Both the position numbers and the translations under genes were made by a program. From NCBI RefSeq assembly GCF_006345805.1, contig NC_043004.1, forward strand, positions 99,386,001 through 99,450,000: DNA of 64,000 bases. The letters are read 5' to 3'. The notes beneath the pieces were generated by a model that had not been told where the DNA came from, searched no databases, and saw only the letters and a list, made by a program, of their open reading frames with translations. The first letter of the stretch is position 1, and the number at the start of each line of letters is the position of its first letter. The DNA is from Octopus sinensis (lineage: Eukaryota). Positions 1 to 13,347 of the stretch are shown piece after piece.

Positions 1-949
1 CAGCAATAAACTTTAGTGTCACTTCACATTCTTTCCCTCTACCATGATGCAAATCTCACCATCTTCCTCTCTACTTGCCCTTGCCCTTTCCCCCCTCTAT
101 ATTTGTATGCATTCTACACATAATCTATTTCTAATAAAGCTGCAATAAACTAAACCGACCAAAACTTCCTATTTGTATCCCAACCCTCCAACTCTTTCAG
201 TCGCCTATTCTCTTTCAAACTCACCCTTTCCCTCAGTATTTAGCTGTTCATCTCCCACCCTGTGTCAAAATTCCATTACACTATGTATACACACATACAC
301 ATACACACACACACAAACTCTGTATCACTACCTATCACTCGTTCTACAAATCTTCAATTCTCTCTCCCTCTGACAACATTATAAATTGCATTAACTTCAA
401 CCCTATTTTTCCTGTTTCTACCTTTTCTCGCTTCCTTCTCTCTTCAGCCTTCCCCTATCCATTCGACACTCTAATGCACCCAGAAGCCTTCCAACCACGC
501 CTGTTTTATGGTTGTCTCTTCGGTCTTTTTTTTTATTATTCTTCTCATCCTCCTACTCATACACACCAACATCTTAATTGACTTTGATCTTCCAGCGCTG
601 ACCTCATTTATTCGTCTGTGGATCAATTTTTAAAAGTGCAAGAATACAGCAAATGGAAAACAGACGCCACCATAACCACCACCATTGTCCCCACCAACAC
701 CAAAAACAACAACGATGACGACAACAACAACAAAATTGATATTAATAAAACCTTTTGATATTCCTCTTCCTTTACCTCGCACCTCATTTCCTAGCCGGGT
801 TCTCATTTGATTCTTGACACAGTAGTGAAGTGACAAAGTTTATTTGATTGGGTATCTATCTTATTGGATTTAACATCAGTTCGTTTTGGATTAATCCAGA
901 CATGATTTGCTATAATAACCATACTAATACTACTACTACTATTAAACGA

Positions 950-955
950 CGATGA

Positions 956-989
<34 letters not shown>

Positions 990-1062
990 GGTGGTGATGA
1001 TGATGGTGGTGGTGGTGGTGGTGATGATGATGGTGGTGGTGGTGGTGGTGGTGGTGGTGATG
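950..1062. repeat. compound (GAT)n/(GGT)n microsatellite
   Basis: Direct reading; explains the poly-His ORF 910-1140. Confidence 0.95.
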
Positions 1063-1519
1063 ATACAATATGACAATCTTATAAATTATTAAAGAATTAA
1101 TGAAGAAATCATTTCGGGTGGAAGGGAAACAGCGAAACAACAGGGAATCGAAGAAGAATGAAATGGAATAAGGAATGCCACTGTTAGTGTTCTTGTTGTC
1201 CCTCGTCAGCTGTAACCGAGTAAGCTTACAGTCTAAGTTGCAAACGCCTCACCTTCGCTATGTCCACTTTGTCCTTTCATTTTACGATTGAAACGTGTGA
1301 TTTGGAGAAGCATGACGACAAGGTTACCTGTTCCCTTATCGATAACGATATAATAGATTAAATGTCTTAGAGATCATCTATCACTAATTCAAAAAAATCA
1401 TCCAGGCCAGAATTATACATGTCGATTCTGGTTAAATCTTTTCCAAAGACTGCATAGATACTTACCTCGTTGACTTGGAAGAAAGTGTCATCTTCTATTG
1501 TTAATCCACATAATCCACA

Positions 1520-1876
1520 GGCGTAGGAGTGGCTGCGTGGTAAGTAGCTTGTTACCAACCACGTGGTTCCGGGTTCTGTCCCACTGCGTGGCACCTTGGG
1601 TAAGTGTCTTCTACTATAGCCTTGGACCGACCAAAGCCTTGTGAGTGGATTTGGTAGACGGAAACTGAAAGAAGCCCGTCGTATATAATTATATATATAT
1701 GTGTGTGTGCGCATGTGTGTGTGTGTATATGTTTGTGTGTCTGTGTTTGTCCCCCCCCCAGTATAGCTTGATAACCGATGCTCGTGTGTTTATGTCCCCG
1801 TAACTTAGCTCGACTAAGGGCGGTGCTCCAGCATGGCCTCTGTCAATTGACTGAAACAAGTAAAACAGTAAAGAGT
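1520..1876 (+). mobile_element. SINE family A (tRNA-derived head, central TA/TG microsatellite, CR1-like tail), internally deleted copy
   Basis: Head GGCGTAGGAGTGGCTGCGTGG with B-box-like GGTTCTGTCCC, body CACCTTGGGTAAGTGTCTTCT, tail GGCGGTGCTCCAGCATGGCC...GACTGAAACAAGTAAAA; matches the many other copies in the window. Confidence 0.9.
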
Positions 1877-2247
1877 ATATAGCTCATGTATGATTGAAGT
1901 AAATAAGTTTACTTAAAATGATAAGAAATGGTTCGGTCGAGTGAAGAGGAACTCATTTGAATCGTTTACGCTGAGATTTAATTTACATTTACAACCGTAT
2001 CATGAATTCAAAACATGTTGTTACCTTGCTCGGTTTTGTATGCGGTTGTATGCGATTTTGTAGGTGGGTGTTAGAATTTATAAATATGCACCATCTAAAT
2101 ATATAAAAAGGATAATACTCACACAAATATATTATATAATATATATGTCATTCTCTCCGGCTCTATCTCCGTTTCTCTCCTTCTCCGTCTCTCTCTCCCG
2201 TCTCTCACTCTCTTTCCCTCTCTCTCTCTCTCTCTCGCTATATATAA

Positions 2248-2452
2248 TGTGACCTCGTGTGTACCGTTGGCGATTTATTTTCCTCTGTCTTCCCTTCTCT
2301 GGATCTTTCTTTCTCCTATGTTTCCGACGAAGATCTCCGCTCGAAACGTTAAACCCTCCTTCTTCCCTTCTTTCCTGCGCGTCCAATAATACTATATTTG
2401 CTCCACGTCCTCGCGTTGTTGTGTTTTTTGTGCTTTCTTGTTTGGATTAACT
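2248..2452 (+). mobile_element. Penelope-like terminal-repeat fragment with degenerate hammerhead motif
   Basis: Between TA tracts; contains GTTT-CCGACGA-agatctccgctc-GAAA-CG-TT-AAAC (2320-2354); loosely similar to 41535-41720. Confidence 0.55.
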
Positions 2453-2956
2453 ATGTATGTATATATATATATATACACACACAAACACATGTACATACAT
2501 TAATATATATTTAAAGGGAGTGAGAGAGAGGAGGAGGGAGAGGGTGTCAAAATATTCTCAGTATAGATAATATACAGTAGTGCGCAAATGAATAAGAAAT
2601 TTATATCCATGTTCTTCATCTAAGGCTACGCCCACCGAATGGAGAGTGGCTATACGAGCAACCATCCTCATCGAGCTGTTATGTAGGTAGTAAGGTGAAA
2701 GTCATTAACCTCGACCCGTATATTTACTCAGAACACAAAAATTCGGATCAAGAAATTAAGAAAAAAATGTAAATAATAAAATATTATGTAACGTCTTATC
2801 TCGACAGGTGTCAAGGTATTTTTTAAAATTTATTTTCTTATCTGTATTTTTGTGTTCCATGTATGTCTCGAACCTAAGTGTGTTTATCTATCTTCCTTCG
2901 TCTACCCACTCACACACTCACACACATACACAGAGCCACACTCACACAGACGCATA

Positions 2957-2977
2957 AATATTATATATATATATACT

Positions 2978-3012
<35 letters not shown>

Positions 3013-3025
3013 TATATATATATTA

Positions 3026-3115
<90 letters not shown>

Positions 3116-3152
3116 GCATATATATATATATACTTATATATATATATATACG

Positions 3153-3183
<31 letters not shown>

Positions 3184-3250
3184 TTATATATATGCATGTA
3201 TTTACATATAATTTATAACATATATATGCATATTATATATATATATGAAC
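2957..3250. repeat. (TA)n microsatellite array
   Basis: Direct reading. Confidence 0.95.
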
Positions 3251-3429
3251 ACACTCACATATTTATATTATATGTATGTATTTATGTATGTCTATAATCT
3301 GTTATTCAAACACGTGAAGAAATATAAGAAACGAAGCTGTAGATACACAGGGAATATATTAGAATTAATTGCAATTTAATCATATATTTTGAAATATATG
3401 TGACATCAAACGCAATGGATGCAGGGAAG

Positions 3430-4122
3430 ACTACACTGGAAAGACTGAACTCACGTGATACTTAGGACATCACATGGACTGTAAGCAAGCCACCTGTTGT
3501 TCTGGGTGCTATGAAACTGGTCCTGGCAGAAGTTCTTTTCATCCGAGAAGAACTATAGCCTTCCAGGCTCAGCGGGGAGCCTCAGCTTGTTCAATGGCTT
3601 TTCTGTGTTCGTGAAGCGGTTCTCTTTGGACTTGGCTGTCAGAATTTGTATCTTGCGCCTCTTGTACGAATGATAGTGAAGGTCTCCTCTCTGGTCCAGT
3701 TTCATATTGGCGACACCAACACCTATCTCTCTTATCAAAGTCTGGATTCTCTTTCTAGAATCTTCCATCACCTTAATCCAAGGGTTGTTGAATGAATTCC
3801 GATACGCGAATGAAGTCAGAAAGCCTTTTGCGTCCCTTCTTGTTGGTCAAAGCTTCGTAATCTCTGTTGCATCTGTCCATGTCACGTCTTACATACTTTA
3901 CAATGTTCACAGAGCATTGAGCGGCTGTTATGTTGTCAGCATTTTGACACTCAGCGCAAATCATCATGATTGAGATAGCTCCAAGTCCTCAATGTCGGCC
4001 AATTTTTACTTAACTACGGCTTCCATCATTTGCTCTACTATCCATTGGCTGTTCACCCAAACATCAAGCTATTCTTCAAAAACCAATACATTCAGTATCG
4101 TCAGATTTATCCCGAACACCTG
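3430..4122 (-). mobile_element. Tc1/mariner (maT/DD37D-like) transposase pseudogene, 5' half with TIR
   Basis: Minus strand starts TA|CAGGTGTTCGGGATAAATCTGACG. Broken ORFs 3967-3773 and 3771-3553 resemble the N-terminal DNA-binding region and are followed by FFSDEKNFCQDQFHSTQNNRWLAYSP, which contains the first catalytic Asp motif. Confidence 0.8.
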
Positions 4123-4285
4123 TATGCATATATACATGCACAAACACACATATATATATAGACACTGACATATACATACACACACACATTTATATACATA
4201 ATTATACAGACATATAAATATGTGTGTACGTGTTTGTCTATGAGTGCAGGTTAGGTGTGTTGAACCACTCATTAAACCCCATGAT

Positions 4286-4678
4286 GTTCGAAAATCGATT
4301 AAGACAGTTCGTCATGTTTTCAACCTACGCAGAAATGCTTAAATTATACTTGTTTCTATAGTTACTACATAGATTACATATAGTTTATAATACGTTGGTA
4401 ATGTATGCACTGGGACTCTGCTCGACAGGTGCGTGATGTTAAATAAAGTATCAATACTTATGGTATGCAAATTAGTAATTCCACTTCTCTGAAGCTACAG
4501 GAATTGTTTATAAACAAATTGGGTCTTTGTTTCTCTGGGTTTAGTCAAATTGACGTAGACACATCTGAAGAGAAATCAATAAGGTTCGAAAATCGAATAA
4601 GTCTGTTCATCACTTTTTCAGTCTACGAAGTAATAGCTGAATTAGCCCTCTTAGTATAACTACTACATAGGTTACACA
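4286..4678 (+). mobile_element. PLE-like partial tandem repeat (~298-bp period) with hammerhead motif
   Basis: 4286-4380 repeats at 4584-4677. CTGAAGA(4565)-gaaatcaataaggttc-GAAA-ATCGAA-TA; homologous to 16905-17130. Confidence 0.6.
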
Positions 4679-4696
4679 CACCTATATATATATATA

Positions 4697-4875
4697 AAGG
4701 GAAAGTTTACGAAAATAAACAAAAGACGATGGCAGGTGGAGTACAAACAAACAAATGCATTAGTATAGCGCTCAGGAATAGAAAAAGTATTTTACGTTTC
4801 GAGCCTGCACTCTTCGACAGAAAGATACACAGAAAAAAAACAAGGAGAGAAAAAATGTGTGTAGGAGCTAATGAT
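4697..4875 (-). mobile_element. PLE-like terminal fragment, same family as 41535-41720
   Basis: Reverse complement reads CTTT-CTGTCGA-agagtgcaggctc-GAAA-CG-TA-AAAT (4824-4789); abuts (TA)n. Confidence 0.6.
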
Positions 4876-5114
4876 AGTGAGAAAGAAAGAGAAAATTATA
4901 TGTTTATGTATATCTATACATATAAATAAATGTGTGTATGTGTTTATCTATGCGTTTATTTATGCATAAACATAATGGTGCTATAAATTAAATAGGTAGA
5001 AGAATTCCTGAAAAGTCGAATATATTGAATGAACTGTCTTGAAGAAGAGAATAGCTAACGTTTGGAGTTCTTGTCCATAAACTAGAATGAGATGCAGACG
5101 AAATACAGCAGTTT

Positions 5115-5292
5115 GGGGTGGGACGGATAAATCGATTACATCGACCCAAGTGTTCAACTGGTACTTATTTTATCGACCTTGAAAGGAGGAAAGGCAACCT
5201 CGGCGGAAATTGACCTAGGAACGTAGAGATAGTCGAAATGCCGTTAAGTATTTTGCCTGGCGTGCAAGCCATTCTACCAGTCCACCACCTTA
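5115..5292 (-). mobile_element. SINE family B, diverged copy
   Basis: Reverse complement of GGCGAGCTGGCAGAA...CCTTTCATCCTTTCGGGGTCGATAAA...GTACCAG. Other diverged fragments near 5780-5900, 9780-9940, 17980-18060, 25690-25900, 34575-34655, 38780-38850, 49530-49720. Confidence 0.75.
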
Positions 5293-6743
5293 GCTATTTT
5301 CATATAATATAATAAAGCATTATTACAGTGGTAGCTGCTCTCTGGCTTGGCTAGGGGCAAATTGATTGAAATTACTGAAAGAGTCGTGAAAAACTTTGGG
5401 TCCTAGCCCGAAAGATTAAACAGATAGTAACGATACTCAACCTAGGCATCATTCAATTCATTCAATCAATTGTGGTCACGGAATGAAAATTAGAGACCTG
5501 GATTTTCTGAGGGACTTTTCAATTGGAATTGATGAGAAATCCATCGGTTTTGTGGTTTAGATATATATTATAATTGTTCACATTTCGGTTTATTTTGTAT
5601 AGTTCATATAATTTCGTTCTATCATTGGCTCGCCACATCATTTAATTTTTCTATCGGCAGCCTGTTGCTTCCCTTACCTTCGTATCTTCAGTGTCAGAAA
5701 TAATTAATGTATTGTAATGTTAATTAGAAAATTGTGAAATGATAGAATCAGTAAAACTGCAATTGAATGAAAATGCGTTACTTAACTATGTCTTTTTATA
5801 TTCTGAGTTCAAATTGCATCCACATCGATTTATTTTTCGTTCCTTCAGGGTCTACAAAATGAAGAAGTAGTAAAAAAAACCCGTGTGGATTACTTCGATG
5901 CTCTATATTCGTATCTATGGTTGAATGTCTGTGTTACAAAACATAATATTAATTATAATCACCATCAACATCATTACCATCATCGTCGTCATCGTCATCA
6001 TCATAGTTACTAATTATTATTCTCATTACAAATTATTTGTTTGTCTCTTGGCAATTATGTCATAGTACGAAATAATGTTTGGGCTGGTTTACACATCAGG
6101 AAGTATCTCGTAGAATTTAATTAAGATTTCTTTGCCATCATTTCCTACAGAATAAAACTGAGATGGAGAAAGAGTTACTCAGACAGAAAGAAATACAAAA
6201 AGAAAAGAGAAAGACACTGAATAGAGATAACAAGTGATATAGGCAGAAATAATAAAAAAGGGAGAGTCGGAGGAGGAAGGGGAAGAGGAGGAAACACCTG
6301 CTAGATTCTGTGAACATTGCAGACATTAATAATATTTGCAACGTCAAAACAATAGTGTCACCCAACAAAATTTCCGTAGTTTCCTGTAAAAATATTTCAA
6401 CCTTACGTAGGATAATTCCACATCCCCTCCATAAAAACAAAATACAGAAAACCAGGAAAGACTTCATATTTAGTTTCCTTTAAAGCTTGTGTTTTAGGTG
6501 TACTTGTATTTGTTATTTCGCTTTTTCTACGCTTAAATTTTTCTTCGATTATATTTTATTATTTTTGCTTTTCGTATTTTCTATTTTATGTGTCAGAGAA
6601 CAGCATTATATTTTTGAAAGGTAACTGTAGAATAACAGGAAAAGTTCAGTTTGTTCTAGGAATTATATTTTATGACGATAAGGAAGGAAGGATAGAAAGG
6701 AGGAACAAATTTCGTTATACCTTTCAGTAATGATATTTCTTCG

Positions 6744-6797
<54 letters not shown>

Positions 6798-7482
6798 TAT
6801 ATATTTGTGTGTGTGTGTATTTCTCTTGTATTTATTATTTATTTCTTTGTTTGTTGCTAATGGTGATGTTCATGATGATAGTTTGTGTTTTCATAGTTTT
6901 TGGTAAATGAAATGAAATAAAATCTAAAACTTAGAAATGGAATTAAAAATCGGCGCCGATTTATCACTTCAAACCATACAAGCGCAACACAGTTTAGGAG
7001 TCTAACAAATACGAAGCTATAAAGCAACTCCAAGTTTAATAATTGTTAAAATTTAGAACCCGAGGTATGGTACAGAAATCCGATATTCTGTTTTATTGTT
7101 TTCGATTTGGATTAATAAACAAACAAACAGAATTCTAAATGATTCAATAAAGTATAAACAAGTTTTAAAATTTGATACACAAATGATTCTCACGTTATCA
7201 GCTTGAAAGCAAGTTGTTTATTGTTCAATAGTACTATAATATGTAAATAGCTGCGTTGGACTGAATGGAGGATATAAAGGATCAGTGCTTAGCTGATGTA
7301 TTATGATTTCCAGTGGGTCAGAGATACTATCTACACCAATCTCTTAATAACACAGGCGCTATTACTGGTAATATTTCTAAATGATTTCCTATTGCTTCAC
7401 ACATCTGAGTTAATCTGCAAAAAGGACTACCTTAATATCCAAAAGCATGACTACAATGAAATGAAAGTTATGATCTAGACTA

Positions 7483-7859
7483 TCTATTATGTAAAATCCG
7501 TTCTGTCTGTCTTTGTGTGTGTGTCTTCTAGGATCTCGGGCATCCTTCATCCGATTGCGCTCAAATTTGATATGTAGATACCGACGGTATCAAGGCGTGT
7601 ATAAGTCTTGAAAAAAAATCATAAAAATCGATTCCGGGTGAGAATGCGATCGATAAAGTGAATAAAATCGTTTTTCTTTGAAATAGAAAAAAGTCTATCG
7701 TTATTTCTTCTTTTGCTGGTGTCTCAAATTTAGGTTAAATCAGTGTTTCTAAAAGGGGAGGCCTATGGGATGGTCGGACAAGTTGTTTTGAGAAAATTTG
7801 GTTTAAATGTTTGACAACTCAGCACCGTCCATTGGACCGGGTGGGGGACGTTTTGCTCG
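7483..7859 (+). mobile_element. non-autonomous Helitron-like element
   Basis: A|TC 5' end (TCTATTATGTAAAATCC...TGTCTGTC), GC-rich subterminal hairpin CCGTCCATTGGACCGG, CTCG|T end (degenerate CTRR), no TSD. Confidence 0.55.
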
Positions 7860-8096
7860 TATATATATATGTATGTATATTATATGTATATGTATATGTA
7901 TCATATATTCTCTAGCATAGTTTCTTCTAAATTCGATGAGCCAATGAGAGAAACTTCTAATAAAAAATCTCCGAAAACATCATGTCCTTACATTTAGCAA
8001 AGGAAAGATACGTTCGACAAAAGTGTCGGACTCCTTAGAAGAGTGTTGTTGTTGCGCTGTTGTTGTTGTTTTTGTTGCTGTTGTTGTTGTTGTTGT

Positions 8097-8455
8097 TCAG
8101 TAGTCTTACTTTTATCGCGTGCATCCACTGCTCTACCGAGCTCAGCTCTGTGTGTCTTAGGTATGTGACGAGGTTTGTTGTTATGTTCTGATCTTCACTG
8201 TTTTGAATGCGCTTTACTTAAGATGTGTGCGGCGCCAAGTAGTGCTATTTTCTGTATCTTATGTACACTTATAAGTCCTGGTGTATTGCTTACGTATTTG
8301 ACTGAATGTTTTTTTTTTTCATCTATTATAGGAATTGTTTCTGTCTTTAGGCTCCACATTCAGGTTGTTTCTATTTTCCGATCTTTGTATTTTGAAAGTT
8401 TCTTCCTTTCGTTTAGAGAAACGTTGTCATCTGTAGGTAATGATGCATCAACTTG
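8097..8455 (-). mobile_element. R4/Dong-like (R2 group) non-LTR retrotransposon 3' fragment
   Basis: Minus-strand translation DASLPTDDNVSLNERKKLSKYKD...MWSLKTETIPII...IQKIALLGAAHIL matches the C-terminus of the restriction-like endonuclease; flanked by (GTT)n and (TAT)n. Confidence 0.75.
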
Positions 8456-8465
8456 AAAGCATCTT

Positions 8466-8496
8466 TATTATTATTATTACTATTACTATTTTTATC

Positions 8497-8564
<68 letters not shown>

Positions 8565-8595
8565 CATTATTATTATATTATTATTATTATTATTA

Positions 8596-8635
<40 letters not shown>

Positions 8636-8668
8636 TTGTAGTAGTAGTAGTAGTAGTAGTAGTAGTAT
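8466..8668. repeat. (TAT)n + (GTA)n microsatellite
   Basis: Direct reading; explains the poly-I/L/V/N ORFs. Confidence 0.95.
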
Positions 8669-8920
8669 TACACTCTGGATTCATAGAAGATGAAAACCAC
8701 CTCCGTACGTATGTTGTGTGTGTGCGTATGTGTGTGTGGCTCTGTGTGTGTGTGAGGCTGTGTGCTAAGACGTCTGTTTCCCAATCTCATAGTTCCACAT
8801 TCAGCCCCATTGCGTAGGACCCTGGCTTTGTATCCTTAGTGTCCTCTTTATAGCCTCGAGCCGACTAAAGCCTTCTAAGTAGACTTGATGAGCGGAAACT
8901 GACACAAAGCTGCCGTGTAC

Positions 8921-8972
<52 letters not shown>

Positions 8973-8985
8973 TATATTTATTAAT

Positions 8986-9373
8986 TTTTTACTTGTTTCA
9001 GTCATTTGACTGCGGCCATGCTGGAGCACCGCCTTTAGTCGAGCAAATCGACCCCGGGACTTATTCTTTGTTATCACAGTACTTATTCTATCGGTCTCTT
9101 TTGCCGAACCGCTAAGTAACGGGGACGTAAACACACCAGCATCGTTTGTCAAGAAATGCTAGGGGGACAAACACAGACACAAACACACACATATATACAT
9201 ATACATATATACGACAGGCTTCTTTCAGTTTCCGTCTACCAAATCCACTCACAAGGCATTGGTCGGCCTGGGGCTATAGCAGAAGACACTTGCCCAAGAT
9301 GCCACGCAGTGTGACTGAACCCGGAACTATGTGGTTGGTTAGCAAGCTACTTACCACACAGCCACTCCTGCGC

Positions 9374-9374
<1 letters not shown>
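8986..9374 (-). mobile_element. SINE family A, full-length
   Basis: Complete reverse-complement copy from CTCCTGCGCC (head) to TTTTACTTGTTTCAGTC (tail). An older + strand 5' half lies at 8756-8920. Confidence 0.92.
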
Positions 9375-9404
<30 letters not shown>

Positions 9405-9454
9405 AAATTTAGAGGATTGACCACTAAAAGTGGACAGCCTGTATGCTAGATAAA

Positions 9455-9645
9455 GAGGTGGTGCTGAAAAGTTCCTGGCTTTGGGTAAAAGAAAATTCAG
9501 GAGGATCAGTTAATTATGATTTTAATAAACATATTCCCCTCGCTGATACACACACTTAATGGTAGCGGTTGTTCAGTTTTTCTAAACCCTGCAAAAGAAC
9601 TCAGGAGGTTGGGCGTCCAACCAGGCATTTCACCATGCCCTTAAA
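9455..9645. mobile_element. mariner-derived MITE/fragment
   Basis: TIR-like GAGGTGGTGCTGAAAAGTTCCTGGCTTT; minus strand retains LEKLNNRY..KCV.QRGEYV, resembling the mariner transposase C-terminus. Confidence 0.65.
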
Positions 9646-9646
9646 G

Positions 9647-9685
<39 letters not shown>

Positions 9686-9974
9686 CACGCACAAACACAC
9701 ACATGTATGCATGAGTATACCTATTGGTCATTCATTCAACTTTGATCAGAGCCAAGGTCAGAGAATTAGTGGAATCCTAAGAGTGTAAGAAATATTTATA
9801 TAGCATTTGTTCCAGTTGTTTAAGTGCTGAGTTGAAACCCTAACGAGGACAAATTTGGTTTTCATCCTTTCAGGGTCGATCAAATAAAGTATTAAAATAT
9901 GTACTGAAGACAATGCTATTGGCTGAGCCCTCACCTCAAACTTGCTTCATTCTCGAATGCGAAAAAAGTATTTT

Positions 9975-10135
9975 ATTGTCATCGCCGTTGCCGTCTTTAT
10001 CGTTTTAGTCATCGTCACCGTTGCCATCTTCATCATCATCATCATCGTCATCATCATCTTCATCATCATCATCATCATCATAATCATCATCACCCTCATG
10101 ATCATCATCATGATCATCATGATCATGATCATCAC

Positions 10136-10170
<35 letters not shown>

Positions 10171-10237
10171 CCATCACCATCATCATCATCACCCTCATCA
10201 TCATCATCACCCTCATCATCATCATCATCATCACCCT

Positions 10238-10268
<31 letters not shown>

Positions 10269-10285
10269 AGTAGCAGCAGAAGCAT
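9975..10285. repeat. (CAT)n microsatellite with (CAG)n end
   Basis: Direct reading; explains the poly-I/M/D ORFs. Confidence 0.95.
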
Positions 10286-10384
10286 CATATTCATATCCAT
10301 CCTTAGCAAGGTCAGAGTTATAGCGAAATGCAGATCCCCTGCAGATATTAACTTGTCCTTTGGAATAATAGAGACGTAAATGTT

Positions 10385-10600
10385 GTTTAGCCCCGAGTTT
10401 GTATATCACCCAGGATTCCTATGATTAAGCCGTTTCAGCCATTACAATCTTATCAGTTTTTTAGCATATCTTTTTCTTCCAGATATTTTGCCGGAAAATG
10501 CATTATCTAATGTGATTTCCCTTTTTGAAAATTATATATTGTGGTCTATTTGTATGGAGATTTAGCTGCTAATTTTAGCAGAGACTCCTTCGTTGTTTCC
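10385..10600. repeat. old interspersed repeat family (TTTAGCCCCAGG...GGAGATTTGGCTGCTATTTCTAGCAG type)
   Basis: Diverged matches at about 17498-17680, 22290-22380, 26110-26305, 46535-46750 and reversed at 36540-36650, 37060-37130, 51340-51450. Class not determinable by eye. Confidence 0.55.
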
Positions 10601-11376
10601 AAACAATCACATACACAAAGACAAATAATTTGAATCATAGAGAAAGAGACCGAGGGATAGGTAGATTGATTGATACAGTCAGAGAGGCGGACAGGCAAGC
10701 AGAAGATCACATTGGTTGCAGTAACTTGTGATAGCTTCTCAATCTACTTGCGTTCATTAGCAGTTGCTGGCACCAATATCTCTTGTGCGTTTAATCGGAA
10801 GGTTTTAGAGTAACACGCATGCATTTCGAGTCGCATTAAGATTATTCATTTTATGTTAATAGAATCTGAAACAGCATATGAAAATTGAATTTAGATAAAG
10901 CCATTTCGACTTAAATGGCTTTATGTCACGAAGCGAAGTCCCTAACAAGATAAATGTTTGTCCGTTATTACAGGAATCGATGCAAACACAGGAAACTTTC
11001 TCAAGAACTCAACAGATAAATTCTGTAATAAGCAATAGCTGTTGGCATGTTGGTAGAACAATGAAGGGAAAGATACAAGGTTTCATCTTCTCTTCTTAAT
11101 GGAGAGAATAAGTGCATGTAAGTGAAGGTGAATGTAGATATGTATATGCATATATCTTTGTACACACACAAACACACACACTCACACACGCACACATCCA
11201 AGCACATACACGTATATACATAGAAGAGTATGTGAGTACGCATATATACATACATAATTTTATATATATATATGTGTGTATATATATATATGTATATATA
11301 TATGTGTGTGTGTATATATATATGTACATATATATGTGTATATATATATATATATGTATGCATGTATATATATATG

Positions 11377-11444
<68 letters not shown>

Positions 11445-12384
11445 GATATGCATGTATGTATGTATGTAGGAAAAGTAGATGCGTATTTATATGTGTATAT
11501 ACACGTACACACACACATCACACACACACATATCACACACATAGGTATGATATAAAAATAGAGACGATAAATCGTTGCAGATGCAAAAGTGCATCTGTAT
11601 ATTTGGTTGTGTTTGTGTATGAGTATGTGTGCTTGTGTGTGCGTATGTGCATGCATATTTTTGCATGCATGCACGCTTTATGTGCTGGCGAGCGTGTGTG
11701 TCGGCGAAGATGTCTACACAAGTGTCCATATGCAGCAAGTTTCAAGCAAGATGTATGCGTGAATGTATGTTTGCATGCGTAAACGAGATGCAGGTATGCA
11801 GTTGCTTAAATTGTGATTTGTTGGAAACCTCACAATGGCCATTGATAGGATGTTTCCGGGTTCAGTCCCACTGCACAGCACCTTGCACAAATGCATACTA
11901 CTATAGCCCCCGTGAGACCAAAGCCTTGTGAGCTGATATGGTGGACGGAAACCGAAAGTAGACCGTTCTATATGACTGTGTGTCCGTGTAAGGATGTGTG
12001 TGCCTGTATGGATGTGTGTGTGTGTATGTATCTATGTGTGTGACTATTTGTGTTCGTGTATGTCCACCGGCACCGCTTAATAACCGGAGTTTGTTAACGT
12101 TCTCGTAACGTAACGCTGCGGGAATAACAACTCCAGATACAGAAATAAGTGAATAAAGTAAATCATAAATGATTAAAGATATATCGGCAGATCGTCGTTT
12201 AAAATGCTTTGCAGTATTAGACTCGGTCCCATGTAACCTGGGTTCAAATTTCGACAAAACCAATTTGGTTGGAGTTCTATAAAACAAAGTATACAAACAC
12301 CTGTTTTATGTGCATACATACATATATTTACATATATATATTTGTAAGTATGTATGTTTTTATGTGTGTGTGTTTGTGTGTGTA

Positions 12385-12437
<53 letters not shown>

Positions 12438-12887
12438 ATGTGTGTATGTGTGTGTGTATGTATGTAGGAAAAATAGATGCAAATAGATACGTATTTTGGA
12501 TGAATCCATCGAAACGTTTAGGAGATATGAAGATATCTGGTAGATGTAGAAATACACATACACAAATAGACACACGCACACATACACACACACACACTCA
12601 CATACACACGCAAATTGTTTGGACGTTAGACAAAATATCTTGCAGTATATGTTCCGGCTATTTATATTTTGAATTTGCCACGATATCAATCATACCAACT
12701 TAAAACAATCCGTGTAATTCACATACACTTAGAAAATTTAGACAACACAATACTATAGAAAATATGGCAGAACCAATAAGTGATGTATTGTTTCGCTTTC
12801 ATGCTTTGAATTTAAATACAGCTAAATACAGCTATACACAGTCGTTGTATAGTTGTATGTATATGTATATATATACATACATACATA

Positions 12888-12986
<99 letters not shown>

Positions 12987-13242
12987 AATATGTACAATAT
13001 ATACATAAGTATATATGTATACTCTACTCTTTTACTCTTCTACTCTTTTATACAACAAGCTCCTTTCACGTTTCCGTCTATCGAATCCACTTAGAAGTCT
13101 TTAGTAGGTCCGAGGCTATAGTAGAGATATCTTGCCCAAGGTGCCGCACTGTAAGACTGAACCCGAAACCATGTTGTTAGGACGCAAGCTTCTTACTACA
13201 CAGCTACACCTGCGTACTCCATATACACACACATACACACAC

Positions 13243-13275
<33 letters not shown>

Positions 13276-13347
13276 TGTATGTATGTATGTATGTATGTAT
13301 GTATGTATGTATGTATGTATGTATGTACGTATGCATGCATGTATGTA

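Noticed and set aside
910-1140. Poly-His ORF, and likewise the poly-I/M/D ORFs at 9942-10409 and YI/HT/CV-repeat ORFs throughout
   Set aside because: Translations of microsatellites that are open in several frames and on both strands; no non-repetitive domain.
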